From assembly GCA_029050385.1 (NCBI GenBank), contig JAIDMV010000234.1, positions 1 through 25,522 of the forward strand: a stretch of 25,522 nt of DNA. The letters are read 5' to 3'. The DNA is from Anaeroplasmataceae bacterium (lineage in GTDB: Bacteria > Bacillota_I > Bacilli_A > Acholeplasmatales > Anaeroplasmataceae). Made by a program: the position numbers and the translations under genes. The notes under the pieces were generated by a model. The model did not search any database and had not been told where the DNA came from. It saw nothing but the letters and a program-made list of their open reading frames with translations. Numbering within the stretch: position 1 is the first letter of the stretch; each line of letters starts with the position of its first letter. Shown here one piece after another: positions 21,145 to 25,522 of this stretch.

Positions 21145-21545
21145 GCTCTTCTACCTCCAAAAAAGAATGATAATACCGATTCAACCTGATTACTTTCTTT
21201 AGTCCCAAAAACACACAAATTTGAAAAATGCTCACAGTTGTTGGAAATAAGATCATAACCACCTTCTCCCAAATGAGATAGTGCACAATCAATGATTTCT
21301 TTTGGTTTTCTCTTTCTTTTTAATTCTTCTTCTGTATAAGTTCTTACCTCTAAAACGCCACCCTTTAAAAATTCTTCTAAAGAGGTTTCAATAATTCTTG
21401 CCGTGCTAGGATCTAATACGTCCGTTTGTCCTGGAGGGGCAAAATGAATTACACTATTTTTAGATGCATATATTCCATGATGAGAATAAAATCCTCTACT
21501 TACACGAATTTGATCCCCATATTTTGGTTCTTTCTTTTCCCACAT
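21141..21545 (-). CDS. LRAT/NC-domain (permuted NlpC/P60) protein
   Basis: GDQIRV..YSHHGIY..VIHF..YDLISNNCEHF (His-His-Cys order); ATG at 21545 follows SD-like AGGAATGTGA (a GTG at 21554 is the alternative). Confidence 0.85.
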   Translation of the reverse strand: MWEKKEPKYGDQIRVSRGFYSHHGIYASKNSVIHFAPPGQTDVLDPSTARIIETSLEEFLKGGVLEVRTYTEEELKRKRKPKEIIDCALSHLGEGGYDLISNNCEHFSNLCVFGTKESNQVESVLSFFFGGRRA

Positions 21546-21559
21546 AAATATCACATTCC

Positions 21560-23161
<1,602 letters not shown>

Positions 23162-23173
23162 TCAAATCACCTC

Positions 23174-23249
23174 AAAAAGAAAAACAGCCCCCATGCCAAA
23201 TAAAAAGGGTGCCCTCATAAATTATATTATAAAGGCACTTTTTTTTCAA
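23174..23249 (-). promoter_or_regulatory. pyrG promoter and CTP-responsive attenuator leader
   Basis: TTGAAA (23249-23244), 17 nt, TATAAT (23226-23221), 6 nt, GGGC (23214-23211); CACCCTT / GGGGG(C)TG stem followed by TTTTTCTTTTT before the RBS. Confidence 0.75.
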
Positions 23250-23311
23250 TATATTTATTTTCTTAATTCAAGTTATCTTGGGAAAGACTGCAAGATACTA
23301 TTTATGTTAAA

Positions 23312-24353
23312 TTAGGCAATCTCTAAATCATTCTTTATATTAATAAATTCTAAACTACCATCTAGATAAGCCTCGATATCTTCATCAACTAATACAACAA
23401 CACCATTTGGTAATATAAAGCTACCATTTTCAGTCACATAATCTGCTTTATTAGCTGATGTGATTTGTGTGAATCCTATCTCTGCCAAGCCACCACATAT
23501 TAAACAATAGGCATATTTATTTTTATTATTTTTAAAAGCATCACTAGAAACCGCATGAGGCAAATCCTTTGTATCCCCACATCCGCATACACCCGTATGC
23601 ATAGTATAATTTTTCCAAGTATATGGTTCGTGATAATTATGATAATGCCTAAAGTATTTCACATAATCAGCCTGACCACCATACATTGGAACATATGGAC
23701 AATAATCTCCATTATGCTCGTATAATCCATAGACACCCCCACTTTGATCTAACAACAACTTGGTTAGAATTTCCACATATCCCATTAGATGAAACTGATG
23801 AATTATAGCTTATCACAATACCAGAATGTAAATTTGTATCATCCGAAAAATCATTAGGTGTCCCATTGTCATCAAAATAACAAATAATGTCACCATTTTG
23901 AGGTGTTCTCACTTCTGTGTAACTTCCGTCTTTATAATATAAACTTGGATCGTCCATCCAATAAGTATTAGAGGTGGAACTAGAATACCAAGCATAAGAA
24001 TGGCAATTATATTTGTTTGATGCACTACGAAGTCTAATTGCATTAGGAAATTGACTATCACAAGTAGAATTGCATTGATAAATTTCAAATGCTGAAAACT
24101 CTTTATATATACACACCTCAACAGAAGACCCATTAGGAGTAATTACATATGCGGTTTCATGATCATTTGAATACAAGCCAATATCTAACGAGTTATAAGA
24201 TAAAGAACTATCAGGCTCTTCATATTTATTTATAAATAGTGAAAAATCATTTGTAGAAGAGTAACTTTCTTCAGCATGAGCATTTATACCACAGAAACCT
24301 ACCACAACAAAAATAAAAATCATATTTAAGCATAAACTTATAAATTTTTTCAT
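23312..24353 (-). pseudogene. Secreted papain-fold Cys/His enzyme (NlpC/P60-like) split by a 1-bp frameshift; ORF-track 23712..24353 and 23312..23785 are one gene
   Basis: Signal peptide ending AHA; YNCHSYAW, GDIICY, HSGIV, SKWG; removing one G from G5 at 23736-23740 gives ..SKWGVYGLYEHNGDYCPY.. and one 346-aa ORF; the downstream ORF's ATG has no RBS. Confidence 0.75.
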
Positions 24354-24364
24354 TTTTTACCTCT

Positions 24365-24865
24365 CTAATTTTTCCAATTATTAAAAAAAATTGAAATTGC
24401 TTCAACATCTATAAAATTATTTTCTGTGTATCTATATAAGTTTTTACTCTCATTTCCATAATAAAGTGCTCCTTGGGTTGTTGTAAAAAAATTATATGCT
24501 ATCGTTTCAGAAGTATCAACAGAAGTAAAATAGAGAGTGAGGAAAAAACCCTTTGTTTTCTCTTTTGAAATATAAAAAACACTAAATTTATTCTTACTCA
24601 TTGTTCCAATACTTTCAGGTTTTTTTGAGCAGAATAAAGTTAATATTTGATGAAGTTCCTCTTCATCTTTCGTAACCACAATTTTGCTAGAAGTCTGCTC
24701 TGTTTCTAAGATTGCTGATGTCACATCATACCCTTGTGTTTCTATAGGTAAATAAAATCCATCTTTTTCATACATAACTTCTTTTTCTTGGCATCCTGTT
24801 AAAACAAAAGTTCCAAGCATTAAAGCAAATACAAGACATACTATATTAAGTACTTTTTTCTTCAT
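24365..24865 (-). CDS. Lipoprotein, tandem paralogue copy 2 (start revised to 24865, 166 aa)
   Basis: MKKKVLNIVCLVFALMLGTFVLTGC lipobox; GGAGGT RBS; the ORF-track extension overlaps copy 1. Confidence 0.8.
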   Translation of the reverse strand: MKKKVLNIVCLVFALMLGTFVLTGCQEKEVMYEKDGFYLPIETQGYDVTSAILETEQTSSKIVVTKDEEELHQILTLFCSKKPESIGTMSKNKFSVFYISKEKTKGFFLTLYFTSVDTSETIAYNFFTTTQGALYYGNESKNLYRYTENNFIDVEAISIFFNNWKN

Positions 24866-24875
24866 TTTTACCTCC

Positions 24876-25373
24876 CTAATTTTTCCAATTATTAAAAAAA
24901 ATTGAAATTGCTTCAACATCTATAAAATTATTTTCTGTGTATCTATATAAGTTTTTACTCTCATTTCCATAATAAAGTGCTCCTTGGGTTGTTGTAAAAA
25001 AATTATATGCTATCGTTTCAGAAGTATCAACAGAAGTAAAATAGAGAGTGAGGAAAAAACCCTTTGTTTTCTCTTTTGAAATATAAAAAACACTAAATTT
25101 ATTCTTACTCATTGTTCCAATACATTCAGGTTTTTTTGAACAGAATAAAGTTAATATTTGATGGAGTGCCTCTTCATCTGTCGTAGCCAGCTTTTTGCTA
25201 GAAGTCAGCTCAGTTTGTAAGATTGCTGATGTCACATCATATCCTTGTGTTTCTATAGGTAAATAAAATCCATCTTTTTCATACATAACTTCTTTTTCTT
25301 GGCATCCAGCCAAAACAAAAGTTCCAAACAATAAAGTAATTACAAGACATACTATATTCAATACCTTTTTCAT
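24876..25373 (-). CDS. Lipoprotein, tandem paralogue copy 1 (165 aa)
   Basis: MKKVLNIVCLVITLLFGTFVLAGC lipobox; GAGGAGG RBS. Confidence 0.8.
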   Translation of the reverse strand: MKKVLNIVCLVITLLFGTFVLAGCQEKEVMYEKDGFYLPIETQGYDVTSAILQTELTSSKKLATTDEEALHQILTLFCSKKPECIGTMSKNKFSVFYISKEKTKGFFLTLYFTSVDTSETIAYNFFTTTQGALYYGNESKNLYRYTENNFIDVEAISIFFNNWKN

Positions 25374-25399
25374 TCAAGTCCCTCCTCATTGACATTTAT

Positions 25400-25427
25400 A
25401 TTTTATCACGCTTTTTTTCCAAATCAA
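25400..25427 (-). promoter_or_regulatory. Sigma-A promoter of the lipoprotein/secreted-enzyme operon
   Basis: TTGATT (25427-25422), 16-nt spacer, TGaTAAAAT (25405-25400). Confidence 0.55.
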
Positions 25428-25522
25428 GAAAATGTTTTCGACATTCTTCGACAATTTGATATCCAATTTTTAATTGAAAGCTATATGAATATCTAAATTT
25501 CCTAATAAAAGCTATCACAACT

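Larger units (their letters stand above)
24365..25373. repeat. Tandem gene duplication, 511-bp offset
   Basis: 24365-24612 is identical to 24876-25123 (248 bp); the rest is highly similar; both copies are followed by TAG-(a/g)GAGGTAAAAA-ATG. Confidence 0.95.

Noticed and set aside
23174-23300. Purine riboswitch or PyrR-binding site upstream of pyrG
   Set aside because: Lacks the purine aptamer core (TATGG..TTTCTACC) and the PyrR AGTCCAGNGAGGCT motif; the GGGC attenuator explains the leader
23312-23785. 157-aa ORF as an independent gene
   Set aside because: No RBS, overlaps the upstream ORF by 74 nt, and continues its domain after a 1-bp correction
24866-24919. 18-aa N-terminal extension of lipoprotein copy 2
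   Set aside because: Overlaps copy 1 in another frame; alignment with copy 1 and the GGAGGT RBS place the start at 24865
24365-25373. Diversity-generating retroelement TR/VR pair
   Set aside because: Differences are not adenine-specific on either strand, both copies are full genes with RBSs, and no reverse transcriptase is in the window

Overview
AT-rich bacterial chromosome segment, almost all genes on the minus strand. The RpoB, EF-Tu and S12 sequences look like a standard-code Mollicutes-related Bacilli lineage (Acholeplasmatales/Anaeroplasma-like; inference). TGA is used as a stop at the ATGA overlap 21141-21144. Core content: tuf, fusA, rpsG, rpsL, rpoC, rpoB, a heterodimeric ABC exporter pair, an Lrp/AsnC regulator, a ROK glucokinase and pyrG. 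rpoC and rpsL are separated by a cytoplasmic GH13 alpha-amylase plus a + strand tRNA-Arg(CCU) and an uncharacterised radical SAM gene. pyrG has a leader matching CTP-sensing reiterative-transcription attenuation and heads a tightly coupled operon that also contains an LRAT-family protein and an apparently inactivated transposase-like Zn-ribbon/HTH protein. The right end is an accessory operon: two tandem lipoprotein paralogues followed by a secreted papain-fold (Cys/His) enzyme gene split by a 1-bp frameshift in a G5 run. No CRISPR array, rRNA or intact mobile element is visible. All family assignments come from motif recognition, not database searches.
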